A stretch of DNA of 64,000 nt from an uncultured Candidatus Saccharibacteria bacterium (GCA_964510945.1 CAZEED010000003.1:16222-80221); one strand, 5' to 3'; counted from the first letter of the stretch, positions 9,443-20,291 are shown. Notes: generated from the letters alone by a model not told the origin. Numbers and translations are program-made.

Positions 9443-9754
9443 ATGATGAAAAAAGCAGTAATTAAAGCAGGCGGAAAACAGTATCTGGTTGTTGAGGGCG
9501 AAACGATCAATATCGATCATCTAAGCGAAGATAAAAAAACTCTAGAGTTTGTGCCGATTATGGTAATTGACGACAACAAGACTACTGTAGGTACACCAGA
9601 GGTAAAAGGGGCAAAAGTTACTGCTTCTGTCATTGAACAACTAGTCAAAGGTGATAAAGTAACAGCGATTCGATATAAGCCAAAAAAACGAGTTAGTAAA
9701 GTTCGTGGTCACCGACAACAGTACACTCAAATAAAGATTAACAAGATAGCCTAG
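9443..9754 (+). CDS. rplU: 50S ribosomal protein L21
   Basis: 103 aa. MKKAVIKAGGKQYLV... is a typical L21 N-terminus. RBS AGAGGA. Confidence 0.95.
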   Translation: MMKKAVIKAGGKQYLVVEGETINIDHLSEDKKTLEFVPIMVIDDNKTTVGTPEVKGAKVTASVIEQLVKGDKVTAIRYKPKKRVSKVRGHRQQYTQIKINKIA

Positions 9755-9814
9755 TAGTACTAGCATTATAGTGCTAGCCGTATAATACCAGTTAGTTCAG
9801 TTATATTGATTTGT

Positions 9815-9832
9815 TTTCACGTTGCCGTGAAA
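9815..9832. promoter_or_regulatory. parS-like split palindrome upstream of parAB
   Basis: TTTCACG-TTGC-CGTGAAA. The arms equal the canonical parS half-sites (TGTTTCAC|GTGAAACA) but are separated by extra central bases. It lies 46 nt upstream of the parA start. Confidence 0.35.
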
Positions 9833-9877
9833 TGCTTATAGTGGTAATCTTGAACTATAGAAGTGAGGGTAAACACG

Positions 9878-10639
9878 TTGACACACACAATCTCAGTCAT
9901 TAATCAAAAAGGCGGCGTAGGCAAGACTACTACTGCGATCAATGTAGCCTCGTATCTTCAAAAGCTAGGTAAGAGTGTTTTGATTGTTGATTTAGACCCT
10001 CAGGGTAATGCTACTAGCGGAGTTGGGCTTGATAAAAAATCAGGTAATACTGCGTACGAAGTAATCATGGGATCTGTAAAGTTAAGCGACGCGATCATTG
10101 AGATAAATAGGCTGGGCATTAGCATCGTACCGGCAAATGAAACACTAGCAGCGGCAGAGATTGATCTAGCTGGCGAAGAGCATCGAGAACATAAATTAAA
10201 AAAAGCTTTTACAGGAGTGGCTTATGATTTCGTTATTATTGACTGTCCGCCTGCTCTTAGCTTGTTAACGATAAATGCCTTAACAGCCTCGAATTGGGTG
10301 CTTATACCTGTTCAGGTTGAATATTATGCCTTAGAGGGCCTATCTCAGCTATTAGCGGTATTACAAAGAGTAAGACAGGGCCTGAATCCTGATGTCGAGT
10401 TGCTTGGAGTCGTAGCCACAATGTACGACGCACGAACTTCGTTGTCTGAGCAGGTATACAATGAGCTCAAGAAACATTTTGATGGAAAACTCTTTTCTAC
10501 AGTGGTGCCACGTAATGTTAGATTAGCTGAGGCACCGAGTCACGGCCGAACCATTCATGAGCACGACAAGTGGTCAAAGGGCGCCAGAAGCTATAAACAA
10601 TTAGCCAAAGAGATTGAAAAAAGAGTGGGTGAGAGGTAA
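9878..10639 (+). CDS. parA: Chromosome partitioning ATPase ParA/Soj
   Basis: Deviant Walker A KGGVGKTT. A TTG start at 9878 lies 7 nt after GAGGG. The ORF-track GTG at 9863 is also possible. Confidence 0.93.
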   Translation: MTHTISVINQKGGVGKTTTAINVASYLQKLGKSVLIVDLDPQGNATSGVGLDKKSGNTAYEVIMGSVKLSDAIIEINRLGISIVPANETLAAAEIDLAGEEHREHKLKKAFTGVAYDFVIIDCPPALSLLTINALTASNWVLIPVQVEYYALEGLSQLLAVLQRVRQGLNPDVELLGVVATMYDARTSLSEQVYNELKKHFDGKLFSTVVPRNVRLAEAPSHGRTIHEHDKWSKGARSYKQLAKEIEKRVGER

Positions 10640-10644
10640 TAATT

Positions 10645-11523
10645 ATGACGACTAACATCAAGAGCGGTCTAGGTAAGGGTTTTGAATCACTGATACCAAC
10701 TGATTTTGACAGCTCGATTGTTGAAGGGTCTGAAAGAATTCAGAAAATAGATATTGATAAAGTTGTCCCGAACCCCGATCAACCGCGACGAGAATTCGAC
10801 AAACACGCACTCGACGAATTAGCAGAATCAATAAAGCGCTACGGAATACTCCAACCACTAGTAGTGACGAAAAAGGGCGATACATATCATATCATCGCCG
10901 GAGAGAGGCGATGGCGAGCTTCCAAAATCGCCAAACTAGACAGGGTCCCAGTTATTGTTAGATCGCATGAAGAACTAGAACAGTTAGAGATTGCCATTAT
11001 AGAGAACGTTCAACGCGTAGACTTATCACCTTTAGAACAAGCCCAATCGATTTACAAACTTCACAATCAGTTCTCGATGAGTTATTCCGATATAGCTAGC
11101 CGTCTAGGTAAGGCGCCGACTACTGTTAATAATATAGTTAGATTGATGCAGTTACCCAATAATGCCAAAGAAGCCTTGAAAAATAATAAGATTAGTGAAG
11201 GCCATGCCAGGGCAATATTGGCGCTTAAAGGTATGGAAGACAAGCAAACTCTATTACTTGAAAATATTATTAATTATAACTGGTCAGTTCGGCAGGCTGA
11301 ACAGTTTGTGAATAGTACAAAAGAAGGGAATTCTACGGAGCAGACAGTCCGGAACAAAATGTCTACTGAGACACCCGATACCAAGAAGCTAAGCAAAATA
11401 CTTAATACTCCGATTTCGATTCGTCGAACGGCAAATGGCGGCAAATTAGAAATTCATTTTTCTGATGATAAAAAATTAGAAGAATTGATAGACAGGCTAA
11501 TACCTAAAAAGGATAAATCCTAA
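10645..11523 (+). CDS. parB: Chromosome partitioning protein ParB/Spo0J
   Basis: 292 aa with the ParB box IIAGERRWRASK and an HTH region. Confidence 0.95.
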   Translation: MTTNIKSGLGKGFESLIPTDFDSSIVEGSERIQKIDIDKVVPNPDQPRREFDKHALDELAESIKRYGILQPLVVTKKGDTYHIIAGERRWRASKIAKLDRVPVIVRSHEELEQLEIAIIENVQRVDLSPLEQAQSIYKLHNQFSMSYSDIASRLGKAPTTVNNIVRLMQLPNNAKEALKNNKISEGHARAILALKGMEDKQTLLLENIINYNWSVRQAEQFVNSTKEGNSTEQTVRNKMSTETPDTKKLSKILNTPISIRRTANGGKLEIHFSDDKKLEELIDRLIPKKDKS

Positions 11524-12124
11524 ACGCTAAAGTTCCGACTAGGGAATTGGCGTTTATTGGGCCAAACGCTCGAGAATCAAGAGAATTTCCTCTGTTATCA
11601 CCCATCACGAATATTTCATTATCGCCTAAAACGACATCGACATTGCCTGAAGTTGTGTCTATCCCAGAAGAATATTTTTGATTATTATCGGGGTTGAAGC
11701 CATTAGGATTCTCGCGGTTGTAAACTGTTACAGTGCCGTTTTTTACCACAACTCTCTCTCCTGGGAGTCCAATTACTCGTTTGATAAGTTGGATCTCGTC
11801 CAGATTCTTTAGACCAAAAGTTTCACTTTTTTTAAATACGACAATGTCGTATCTTGCAGGGATATAACTGTTGTGGGTAATTCTGGACCAAGTTTTGGCG
11901 ATTTTGGTGACTATTAAGCGATCGTTATTGCTAAGGGTTGTTTCCATGCTGGCCCCATCAACACGGTATGATTGAAAAATAAAGGCAACTAAAATAAGGG
12001 CAATTACAGGGGCGAGCAAAAACATCCCTATTGTAGTAGAGATTGTTTTAACAGAATCTTTATTTGATTTTTTTATATGATTTAATTCAGGTTTTTGATA
12101 CTGATTATGGGGCTCTTCATTCAT
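11504..12124 (-). CDS. lepB: Signal peptidase I
   Basis: 206 aa with an N-terminal TM segment, catalytic GASMETTL and the GDNRGNSLDSR box. Confidence 0.92.
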   Translation of the reverse strand: MNEEPHNQYQKPELNHIKKSNKDSVKTISTTIGMFLLAPVIALILVAFIFQSYRVDGASMETTLSNNDRLIVTKIAKTWSRITHNSYIPARYDIVVFKKSETFGLKNLDEIQLIKRVIGLPGERVVVKNGTVTVYNRENPNGFNPDNNQKYSSGIDTTSGNVDVVLGDNEIFVMGDNRGNSLDSRAFGPINANSLVGTLAFRIYPF

Positions 12125-12234
12125 CCTTGATACTATACGTTATCAATAAAGTGAATACCATCTTAGCCCTCAAAATATTAATAAAAAAATCGTTCTAAAT
12201 TCACTCAATTGTCGGTATACTATTATTTACGTTT

Positions 12235-13860
12235 ATGATTGATAAAAAACGGTCAAAAAAGACTCGACGCGCAGTTACAACAGATGGTTTCGTTCGTCGA
12301 AAGCCTGGTAATGATATTATATCTGGCCAACCACCCAAGAAGACTATATCTTCTTATGTTCCGTCTATCGGGTCTAAAGACCAGTTTAAACAAAAAGATG
12401 GGCTAAACATTGGTCCTATGAGTAGGTCTAATAAATTCCCGGACGGTACATCTACCGGAAGAAAGCCAGTACATATAGACGATTTAGATATGAATATCGA
12501 TACTAAAAAAGCAAATAAAAGAAGATTGTTCAGCAAACCGAAGGGTTTTAAGGGTTATGCAAAACGAGGGGCTTTAGGTGCCCTTGCTTTATTTATGCTC
12601 ATCAGCCTGTCTATCCTAGGGTTATTGTATTGGCGAGCTCGGCAAGTTTTTGAGGGGGGAGATAGTGCTTTGGCATTAAATTGTGATGTTGACCCATCAT
12701 TGCTTCAGAAAGAGGGTGATGGTCGCGTAAATGTCCTGCTGCTCGGTAAAGGTGGCCCGGGTCACGATGGCCCAGACTTAACAGATACAATATTGATTGC
12801 CAGTGTTGATTCATGTCAAAAGGAAGTAGGCCTGCTTAGCATTCCAAGAGATCTTTATGTGCAGCGGCCAGGTGACGGCTATACGAAGATTAATGCAGTT
12901 TATCCAGAAGCTAAAGAAGAGGCGTTGGCATCAGGTAAGTCTAAAAAAGAAGCCGAAAAAGTTGGAATTGAGGCAATAGAGAAGGTGGTTGAGCAAGTAA
13001 GCGGGATGCCGGTACATTACTATTCGATGGTTGATTTTCAGGCGTTTCAAAGGGCGATTGATACAGTTGGTGGAGTTGACGTGAACGTCAAAGAGCCTTT
13101 GTATGACGCTTCGGTGGCTTGGGAAAATAACTGGGATCCGTTAATTGCTGATAAAGGCGTCCAACATTTTAATGGAAAGAAAGCTTTGTTGTTCTCAAGG
13201 TCTCGATACGGTAGCGCTAGAGGTGACTTTGATAGAACAGAACGCCAACGTCAAGTAATGGTTGCATTAAAAGAAAAAGTTCTAAGTCTAGGAACTTTTA
13301 GCAACCCTGTAAAAATTACCGGTTTGCTTAACGCCTTTGGAAAGCATGTACATACTAATCTTAGTATTGATGATATCCGAAAATTATATGAGATTGCCAA
13401 AGACGTTGATTCGGGTAAGGTAGCGTCAGTAGGATTGGCTGATCCACCACACGAATTTGTCACGACAGATACGATTGATGGACTTTCTGTTGTTATACCC
13501 AAAGCAGGCATCAATAATTATGCAGAAATTCATAAATATGTTCGCACAAAACTCAGAGATGGCTTTTTAAAGAAAGAGAATGCTTCGATAGTGGTATTAA
13601 ATGGTTCTGGTGAGGCTGGACGCGCTAAGTCATATGCAAGTATGTTGAAATCATATGGCTATAAGGTGATAAATACAGGAGACGCGCCAAATAAAGGGGC
13701 AAGTGGCATCCAGTTAATTGACCTTCGTGGTGGAGATAAAAAATACACGAAACGTTATCTGGAGCTTCGAACAAAATCAACCGCTACGGATAAATTACCG
13801 GATGGGGTCACTGTAGACACCGAGAAAACAGATTTTGTTATAATTGTAGGTAAAGAATGA
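12235..13860 (+). CDS. LytR-CpsA-Psr (LCP) family cell-envelope phosphotransferase
   Basis: 541 aa. It has a basic N-terminus plus a TM segment. LCP core LLLGKGG...DLTDTILIASVD...LSIPRDLYV. C-terminal LytR_C-like region. Confidence 0.85.
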   Translation: MIDKKRSKKTRRAVTTDGFVRRKPGNDIISGQPPKKTISSYVPSIGSKDQFKQKDGLNIGPMSRSNKFPDGTSTGRKPVHIDDLDMNIDTKKANKRRLFSKPKGFKGYAKRGALGALALFMLISLSILGLLYWRARQVFEGGDSALALNCDVDPSLLQKEGDGRVNVLLLGKGGPGHDGPDLTDTILIASVDSCQKEVGLLSIPRDLYVQRPGDGYTKINAVYPEAKEEALASGKSKKEAEKVGIEAIEKVVEQVSGMPVHYYSMVDFQAFQRAIDTVGGVDVNVKEPLYDASVAWENNWDPLIADKGVQHFNGKKALLFSRSRYGSARGDFDRTERQRQVMVALKEKVLSLGTFSNPVKITGLLNAFGKHVHTNLSIDDIRKLYEIAKDVDSGKVASVGLADPPHEFVTTDTIDGLSVVIPKAGINNYAEIHKYVRTKLRDGFLKKENASIVVLNGSGEAGRAKSYASMLKSYGYKVINTGDAPNKGASGIQLIDLRGGDKKYTKRYLELRTKSTATDKLPDGVTVDTEKTDFVIIVGKE

Positions 13861-14606
13861 AGCAAAAATTTAAGAGAATAAGACCAGCTAGCGGATTCTC
13901 GGGCGTTTTCCATGCTATTTTTACAGTAGCTTTGCCTCTACTTGTTTATGTGTTTGTGAGAATAAATTTAGTACAGCTAGCTATTATCCTAGTCTTACTG
14001 AGTAAATGGCGGATGTTTGCGGTTAGGCCAAGGCATTGGCCTGCGTACATTAGAGCTAACGCAGTTGATATGATTGCAGGAATTTCTTTTGTGATTTTCA
14101 TGTCGCAAACTAGTTCGGTTATTTGGCAATTGATCTGGACGGCATCATATGCGATATGGCTTCTAGTGATAAAGCCAAGTAACACAATTTTTGGTATGAG
14201 TCTTCAAGCACTAATTGCCCAGTTGTTAGGTCTAATGGCGCTATATATAAAATGGGGAGGAGAACCTTTAATTGTTTTAGTCTTAGGTACGTGGGCTATT
14301 TGTTATTTTTGTGCCAGACACTTTTTTAGTAGCTTTGATGATTCGTACGGCAGATTCCTAGGTGATTATTGGGCATTTTTTGCCGGATCGCTTGCTTGGC
14401 TATTGGGGCATTGGCTAATTTATTATGGGATTGTTGCGCAAATTACACTGCTACTTACTGTGTTTAGCTTCGGAATGGGGACGATGTATTACTTAGTGCA
14501 AGATAATCGCTTAACAAAGTTAGTGTCACGACAGATTATATTTATTATGTTGGCTGTGGTAGTTGTAGTATTAGCGTTTTCTCAGTGGTCAGATAAAGTT
14601 ATTTAA
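13857..14606 (+). CDS. Polytopic membrane protein of unknown function, translationally coupled to LCP gene
   Basis: 249 aa with at least 6 hydrophobic segments. Its ATG overlaps the LCP stop (ATGA). Confidence 0.6.
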   Translation: MKQKFKRIRPASGFSGVFHAIFTVALPLLVYVFVRINLVQLAIILVLLSKWRMFAVRPRHWPAYIRANAVDMIAGISFVIFMSQTSSVIWQLIWTASYAIWLLVIKPSNTIFGMSLQALIAQLLGLMALYIKWGGEPLIVLVLGTWAICYFCARHFFSSFDDSYGRFLGDYWAFFAGSLAWLLGHWLIYYGIVAQITLLLTVFSFGMGTMYYLVQDNRLTKLVSRQIIFIMLAVVVVVLAFSQWSDKVI

Positions 14607-14640
14607 AAACAATCAAAATCATGAAGGGAGGGGTCAAAAA

Positions 14641-15828
14641 GTGCCAAAACCAGAATTATCGCAAAAACAATCGTTTAATTCTAATATAAATAAATCAATC
14701 ATCTATAAATTGGTTCTTGTTCTAATTGTAGGCTTTTTGGGTGGCTGGTTAGGAGCTAGATCATATGCAGATAACCCAAACTCTTTTAGTCCAAGGGCAA
14801 GTCAAGGAAAGCAAACTGTTTCAAGTCAAAGTGAATTAATAAGCTCCATTGCAAAAACGGTTGGTCCGAGTGTGGTTAGTGTTAATGTCACTAGTATAAG
14901 TGGGTCAGAAAGTAGCCTCTTTGGCGACAATCAAGCTCTAGAGCAACAAAGCGCCGGCACAGGATTCATTATTAGCGCCGATGGATATATCGTAACTAAT
15001 CGTCATGTTATCCCCGATGGAACATCAAAAGTGAGCGTTGTATTATCGGATGGAACAATTTATGACAATGTATCTGTTGTAGGAAAAACATCAAGCGGGG
15101 ATAGTTTAGATATTGCATTCTTAAAGATTGCTGATACCAAAGGAGTTAAATTAGAGCCGGTACAACTTGGTGATTCAGGTCAGATGCGAGTTGGGGATAT
15201 GTCCATAGCTATCGGTAATGCACTTGGACAGTTTCAAAACACAGTTACTTCTGGCATTATTTCTGGTTATGGCAGGTCGGTCCAGGCTGAAGGTGATAGT
15301 GGGGGTGTAGAAAGCTTGCAAAATCTCTTCCAAACCGACGCTGCAATTAATCAAGGTAACTCAGGAGGGCCTTTGGTAAACGCTGACGGAGAAGTTATTG
15401 GAATCAATACTGCGGTTGCGGGTGGAGGAGCAGAAAATATTGGTTTTGCGATACCGATAAATGACGTCAAAGGTTTGATAAAAAGTGTGCTTGAAAAAGG
15501 AAAATTGTTACGTCCATATCTAGGGGTCCGATACCTAGAGCTGGATAAGGAGATTCAAAAACAATTAAAATTAAGTCGTAGTGAGGGTGCGTATATTCAG
15601 GGCGAGAGTAATAACGGTGTAATCAGTGGCTCCCCAGCCGAAAAAGTTGGGCTGAAAAACGGAGATATTATTGTAGCGGTCAATGGACAAAAAATTGACT
15701 CTAAGAATAATTTGTCATCGATGATTAGCCGATATTCTGTTGGCGATACGGTAGAGATTACCTATGTTAGAGGTGGACAAGAGAAAACTGTAGAAGTAAA
15801 ACTAGAAGAGCTTTCTGAAGGTAGATGA
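14641..15828 (+). CDS. htrA: HtrA/DegP-family serine protease with PDZ domain
   Basis: 395 aa with TNRHV (His), GNSGGPL (Ser) and a C-terminal PDZ. GTG start after GGGAGGGG. Confidence 0.93.
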   Translation: MPKPELSQKQSFNSNINKSIIYKLVLVLIVGFLGGWLGARSYADNPNSFSPRASQGKQTVSSQSELISSIAKTVGPSVVSVNVTSISGSESSLFGDNQALEQQSAGTGFIISADGYIVTNRHVIPDGTSKVSVVLSDGTIYDNVSVVGKTSSGDSLDIAFLKIADTKGVKLEPVQLGDSGQMRVGDMSIAIGNALGQFQNTVTSGIISGYGRSVQAEGDSGGVESLQNLFQTDAAINQGNSGGPLVNADGEVIGINTAVAGGGAENIGFAIPINDVKGLIKSVLEKGKLLRPYLGVRYLELDKEIQKQLKLSRSEGAYIQGESNNGVISGSPAEKVGLKNGDIIVAVNGQKIDSKNNLSSMISRYSVGDTVEITYVRGGQEKTVEVKLEELSEGR

Positions 15829-15829
15829 A

Positions 15830-16699
15830 TTAGTTCTTTAATCTAAACGAGAGCGTGAAATCTGTTTGTTTTAGTAGGCTGTATTTATTTGAGCTAGCAA
15901 TCTTAATAACTTCAGTCTGCTGTTCTGTAAGTGATTCTATAAACAGATAAGTAGGTTTGGTTTTGGTATCTCCAAGCTGTTTAAATAAATCCCTATAAAC
16001 ATCTAGCCCGTCTTTTCCGGCAAATAAGGCTAATTTTGGTTCTTTAGCGATGTCAGGTTTGTCCACTAAATTTGTTGGTACATAAGGTAAGTTTGCGATT
16101 ACGACATCAAAATATAAATTTTTTGGAAGTAAGTTAGATTCGATGATCAAAATCTTAGTTGATAAATTAAACAACTCGATATTTTGTTTAGCGAGTTGAA
16201 TTGCATCCTTTGAAATATCTGATAATGTTATTTTCCATCTGGGGTTTTCCAAAAATATAGTAATACCTAAGATTCCAGAGCCACAACCGACATCAAGAAT
16301 TGACAGAGGTTTATTAGGTAATATTTCTAGGATATCTGATATTAGTTGCTCACTTTCAGGCCTTGGGACTAATGCTCTTTCATCGCAAAGGAAAATTCGG
16401 CGATAAAATTCCTTCTTTTTTAATAAATAGGCGATAGGGGTGTTGGATTGACGAAGTTTTGTTAGGGATTTTACTTGATCTATCTGCTTAGTGGAGAGAA
16501 CAAAATTACTATGGGACAATACCCAAGAACGAGGCTTTTTTATAACATGCGCTAGTATCAGCTGACTGTCTAGCCTAGCGGATTTGATCATTGAATTTTT
16601 TAATGCTAATTCAGTACCAGATAAGGCTGATTCAATAGTTGTCTGATAAGAGTTGTTGTTCATATGTTTGTAGCTCTGTGATAATGTCATCAATGTCAC
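15830..16699 (-). CDS. prmC: Release-factor glutamine N5-methyltransferase PrmC (start uncertain)
   Basis: SAM motif [10 protein letters not shown] and NLPYV (an NPPY variant). Lies downstream of prfA. The ORF overlaps the prfA 3' end, so the true start is probably an internal Met. Confidence 0.85.
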   Translation of the reverse strand: MTLMTLSQSYKHMNNNSYQTTIESALSGTELALKNSMIKSARLDSQLILAHVIKKPRSWVLSHSNFVLSTKQIDQVKSLTKLRQSNTPIAYLLKKKEFYRRIFLCDERALVPRPESEQLISDILEILPNKPLSILDVGCGSGILGITIFLENPRWKITLSDISKDAIQLAKQNIELFNLSTKILIIESNLLPKNLYFDVVIANLPYVPTNLVDKPDIAKEPKLALFAGKDGLDVYRDLFKQLGDTKTKPTYLFIESLTEQQTEVIKIASSNKYSLLKQTDFTLSFRLKN

Positions 16700-17690
16700 C
16701 TGTTAGGGCTCCTGGTATATTGCTTCTGGAATAATTTATTCGATGGTCAGTTATGCGGTCTTGTGGGAAGTTGTAGGTTCTAATTTTTTCACTTCTATCG
16801 CCAGAACCGATTAATGCCTTTCTTTTATCGCTTAACTCTGTTTGCTCTTTCTCAATTTGCATGGCTAGCAATCTTGATCTTAAGACACCCATCGCTTTAT
16901 CTTTATTCTTAATTTGTGACTTTTCGTCTTGGCAGGTCACGACTAAACCGGTTGGGATATGAGTAATTCTAACAGCTGAGTCAGTAGTGTTAACGCTTTG
17001 TCCGCCGTGTCCACTGGATCTGTAGACGTCTACTCGTAGATCGTTTTGATTGATTTGAATGTCTTGTTCTTCGGCTTCGGGTAATACGGCAACAGTAACG
17101 GTGCTGGTGTGGATTCGGCCTTGGCTTTCAGTTTCTGGCACTCTTTGAACACGGTGAACACCAGCTTCAAATTTTAGGTTTTTATAGGCATCTGGACCAA
17201 TGATTGCAAAAATTACTTCTTTGAATCCGCCAACTTCGTTGGGGCTTTCGCTTAATAATTCTATTTTATAATTGTGGTTTTCGGCCCAACGGCTATACAT
17301 TTTGAATAAATCACCAGCAAATAAACTTGATTCATCGCCTCCTGCTGCTCCTCTGATTTCGATGATGGCATCACGCGAATCATTTGGGTCTTTCGGGATT
17401 AGAGCTGCACGAAGTTGGTTATCAATTGATTCTAGCCGTGCATTTAGCTCACTATTTTCTTGATCAATAAGACTTGCCAGCTCTGGGTCGCCATTATCTG
17501 TCATATTTTTGGAATAAATTAATTGTTTAAGTATTTTGTCTTTTTGGTCGAATAGATCGAGAATCTGCTCGATATCACTTTGTCGTTTTGCAAGAGTTGG
17601 ATAATCCTTTGATTTATAAATGTCGGGATCTTCCAAACGCTTTTTGATGTTGTTTATTTCAGTCTGTAGCTCTTGTCGTTTTGTATCCAT
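16632..17690 (-). CDS. prfA: Peptide chain release factor 1
   Basis: 352 aa with the GGQ motif (SGHGGQSVN) and an RF1-type PxT tripeptide ([14 protein letters not shown]). Confidence 0.97.
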   Translation of the reverse strand: MDTKRQELQTEINNIKKRLEDPDIYKSKDYPTLAKRQSDIEQILDLFDQKDKILKQLIYSKNMTDNGDPELASLIDQENSELNARLESIDNQLRAALIPKDPNDSRDAIIEIRGAAGGDESSLFAGDLFKMYSRWAENHNYKIELLSESPNEVGGFKEVIFAIIGPDAYKNLKFEAGVHRVQRVPETESQGRIHTSTVTVAVLPEAEEQDIQINQNDLRVDVYRSSGHGGQSVNTTDSAVRITHIPTGLVVTCQDEKSQIKNKDKAMGVLRSRLLAMQIEKEQTELSDKRKALIGSGDRSEKIRTYNFPQDRITDHRINYSRSNIPGALTGDIDDIITELQTYEQQLLSDNY

Positions 17691-17770
17691 AATTTGTCTC
17701 TTTAGTTATTAGTATAAAAGAAAAACAGCTTCAACGTATAGCTAAAACTGTTTAAAAGTAATTTGTGGCG

Positions 17771-18136
17771 CTAGTTGTCAGGAGTTTTTGATTGAGTAGT
17801 AGTCTCAAGTTTTACTGGAGCTTCTTTTTTTACGGTAGTTTTTGGCTTTGATTTTTTTACGCTAGCTAGTTTTTCGGCTTTGGCTTTTTCGGCAGCATCT
17901 TTTCGGGCCTTAAAGCGGTCTACTCGACCTTCGACGTCCACAAGTTTTTCTTGTCCTGTAAAGAACGGGTGAGAAGCGCTACTAATATGCACTTTTACTA
18001 GAGGATACTCGTTGCCGTCTTCCCATTTGATTGTTTCTTCAGAATCAACGGTCGATCGGGTTAGCAAAGACCAGTTGTTATTGAGGTCTTGGAAAACCAC
18101 AGTTCGGTAATTTTTTGGGTGTAAATCTTTTTTCAT
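17771..18136 (-). CDS. rpmE: 50S ribosomal protein L31 (Cys-less type B) with Lys-rich C-terminal extension
   Basis: [10 protein letters not shown]...HPFFTG. It has no CxxC zinc motif. The start is taken at the internal ATG (18136) rather than the ORF-track 18157. Confidence 0.9.
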   Translation of the reverse strand: MKKDLHPKNYRTVVFQDLNNNWSLLTRSTVDSEETIKWEDGNEYPLVKVHISSASHPFFTGQEKLVDVEGRVDRFKARKDAAEKAKAEKLASVKKSKPKTTVKKEAPVKLETTTQSKTPDN

Positions 18137-18324
18137 AATCAAACGGTTAGTATACACATCTGTTAGCTAACCGTCAACACAGATATAAGATATGGACAAA
18201 TATCATATAAATGATAAGATAGTAACATCATTAATTAAACAGGTAGTGTACATAGAATCCTCTTTAAACTAATCTCTCGTGGTTATCTTAAAGAAGCATT
18301 ACCGAAGAGAAAGGATTATATTAA

Positions 18325-19059
18325 ATGGCATCAAACGATGTAGATATGAAGAAGCTGTTAGAGGCTGGTGCGCACTTTGGGCACAAGACAAGTCGATGGC
18401 ATCCAAAAATGGCGCCGTATATTCACAGTAAACGTGGCGGGATTCATATTATTGATCTAGTACAGACGGCAGATAATTTAAGTTTGGCGTTAGAATTTGT
18501 AGAAAAAACGGTAGCAGAGAGCAAAACTATATTAATTGTTGGCACAAAAAAACAAGCTCAAGAGGCTGCACGTAAAACTGCAGATGAAACAAGCTCTCCT
18601 TATGTAGTTAACAGATGGATTGGCGGCATGCTGACCAACAGTAAGACTATTCAGGGTAGAATCAAGTACCTGAAGGATCTCGAAGAAAAAATGCAGTCAG
18701 GCCAATTTGCTGCTAGGTACAATAAGCTTGAGCTCCAAAGAGTACAAGAAGAGATCGATCACATGAATTGGATGTATGGTGGCATAAAAGCTATGCCAGC
18801 AAAACCTAACGCGGTTTTTGTTTTTGATGCGCTCCACGACGACAATGCTATAAAAGAAGCTCAGAAACTATCTATCCCTGTCGTGGCGATTGTGGACACT
18901 AATGTCGACCCATCGACTATTGATTGGCCTATCCCATGTAATGACGATTCAAAGAAAACTCACGATTTAATTGGAGAATTATTAACTACAGCGATAAATA
19001 GTGGAAAATCTAAACAAAAAACTGAAGTAAAAAAAGAAGGAAAGAAGGAGGACAAATAA
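18325..19059 (+). CDS. rpsB: 30S ribosomal protein S2
   Basis: 244 aa with LLEAGAHFGHKTSRWHPKM. Confidence 0.97.
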   Translation: MASNDVDMKKLLEAGAHFGHKTSRWHPKMAPYIHSKRGGIHIIDLVQTADNLSLALEFVEKTVAESKTILIVGTKKQAQEAARKTADETSSPYVVNRWIGGMLTNSKTIQGRIKYLKDLEEKMQSGQFAARYNKLELQRVQEEIDHMNWMYGGIKAMPAKPNAVFVFDALHDDNAIKEAQKLSIPVVAIVDTNVDPSTIDWPIPCNDDSKKTHDLIGELLTTAINSGKSKQKTEVKKEGKKEDK

Positions 19060-19061
19060 CA

Positions 19062-19652
19062 GTGGACATTAAAGAAATTAAGCGATTACGTGAATTAACT
19101 GGCGTTGGTATAACTGATGCAAAAAAAGCTTTAGTAGAAGCTAATGGTGACTTTGAAGTAGCACTTAAGGCAATGCGAAAAAAAGGTCTTACAAAGGCCG
19201 AAAAACGGGGTGAGAGAGAAGCTCGTGCTGGGGTCATCGGCACATATAATCACGATAGTCGAATCGGTGTATTAGTTGAACTTAATTGCGAAACTGATTT
19301 TGTAGCTAGAAACGAACTTTTCACGACACTAGTTAAGGATGTTTGTATGCATGTAGCGGCCTCTGCACCTATGTACGTATCAATGGATGACATCTCGAAA
19401 GACGAAATCGATAAACAAAAGTCAGAATTTAGTGAAAAAGCAAAAGCGGACGGTAAACCAGCTGATATGGTTGAAAAAATAGCTGATGGTATGGCGAAAA
19501 AATATTTTTCTGAGAAATGCTTGCTTGATCAACCATTTGTAAAAAATCCAGATATAACAGTCGGCGAATATGTAAAAGAACATGGTGCAAAGCTCGGCGA
19601 AAATCTAGTAGTGCGACGATTTTCTCGTATGCAATTAGGTGAAGTATCCTAA
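19062..19652 (+). CDS. tsf: Elongation factor Ts (short form)
   Basis: 196 aa with an N-terminal UBA-like LRELTGVGITDAKKALVEANGD. GTG start. Confidence 0.93.
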   Translation: MDIKEIKRLRELTGVGITDAKKALVEANGDFEVALKAMRKKGLTKAEKRGEREARAGVIGTYNHDSRIGVLVELNCETDFVARNELFTTLVKDVCMHVAASAPMYVSMDDISKDEIDKQKSEFSEKAKADGKPADMVEKIADGMAKKYFSEKCLLDQPFVKNPDITVGEYVKEHGAKLGENLVVRRFSRMQLGEVS

Positions 19653-19689
19653 AAACAAAATTTGCATTACAATACTTGTATAGACAGCT

Positions 19690-20253
19690 ATGAATATAAA
19701 CGATTTATCTGCGACTACTGAACAAAAATTCAAACAAGCGTTTGAACATCTTGAAGTTGAACTTAAGAAGATTAGAACCGGGCGAGCAAACGCGTCGATG
19801 TTAGATAGTGTAAAGGTTGAGGCTTATGGTACGCCTATGCCACTGAACCAATTAGCTACAATATCAGCACCAGAATCACAATTGCTTCAAATTTCGCCAT
19901 TTGACCCTAATAATATCCAATCGATAACGCAGGCAATTAGAGATAATCAGGCCTTGGGTTTTAATCCAACTGACGACGGAAGGATTATTAGGATTCCTAT
20001 CCCGCCTCTCAATGAAGAACGAAGGAGAGTAATTGTGAAACAATTGGGGGTAAAGGCCGAAGAAGCAATGATTAGAATGAGGAATATTCGTCATGAAGCT
20101 CGTGAGATTGCAGAAGGAGCAAAAAAAGATAAAGACATCGGAGAGGATGAATTTGTGAGATTTGAAAAGCAGATAGATGAAACTATGCAAAAATACAAAA
20201 ATCTATGTGAATCAGCTGTTAAAGCAAAAGAACAAGAAATAATGACAGTTTGA
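19690..20253 (+). CDS. frr: Ribosome recycling factor
   Basis: 187 aa. Typical Frr length, and the sequence LKKIRTGRANASMLD is typical of the family. Confidence 0.95.
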   Translation: MNINDLSATTEQKFKQAFEHLEVELKKIRTGRANASMLDSVKVEAYGTPMPLNQLATISAPESQLLQISPFDPNNIQSITQAIRDNQALGFNPTDDGRIIRIPIPPLNEERRRVIVKQLGVKAEEAMIRMRNIRHEAREIAEGAKKDKDIGEDEFVRFEKQIDETMQKYKNLCESAVKAKEQEIMTV

Positions 20254-20291
20254 TCAGTAAAGATGAGCATAGTCATTAGGGGGAACATTTA

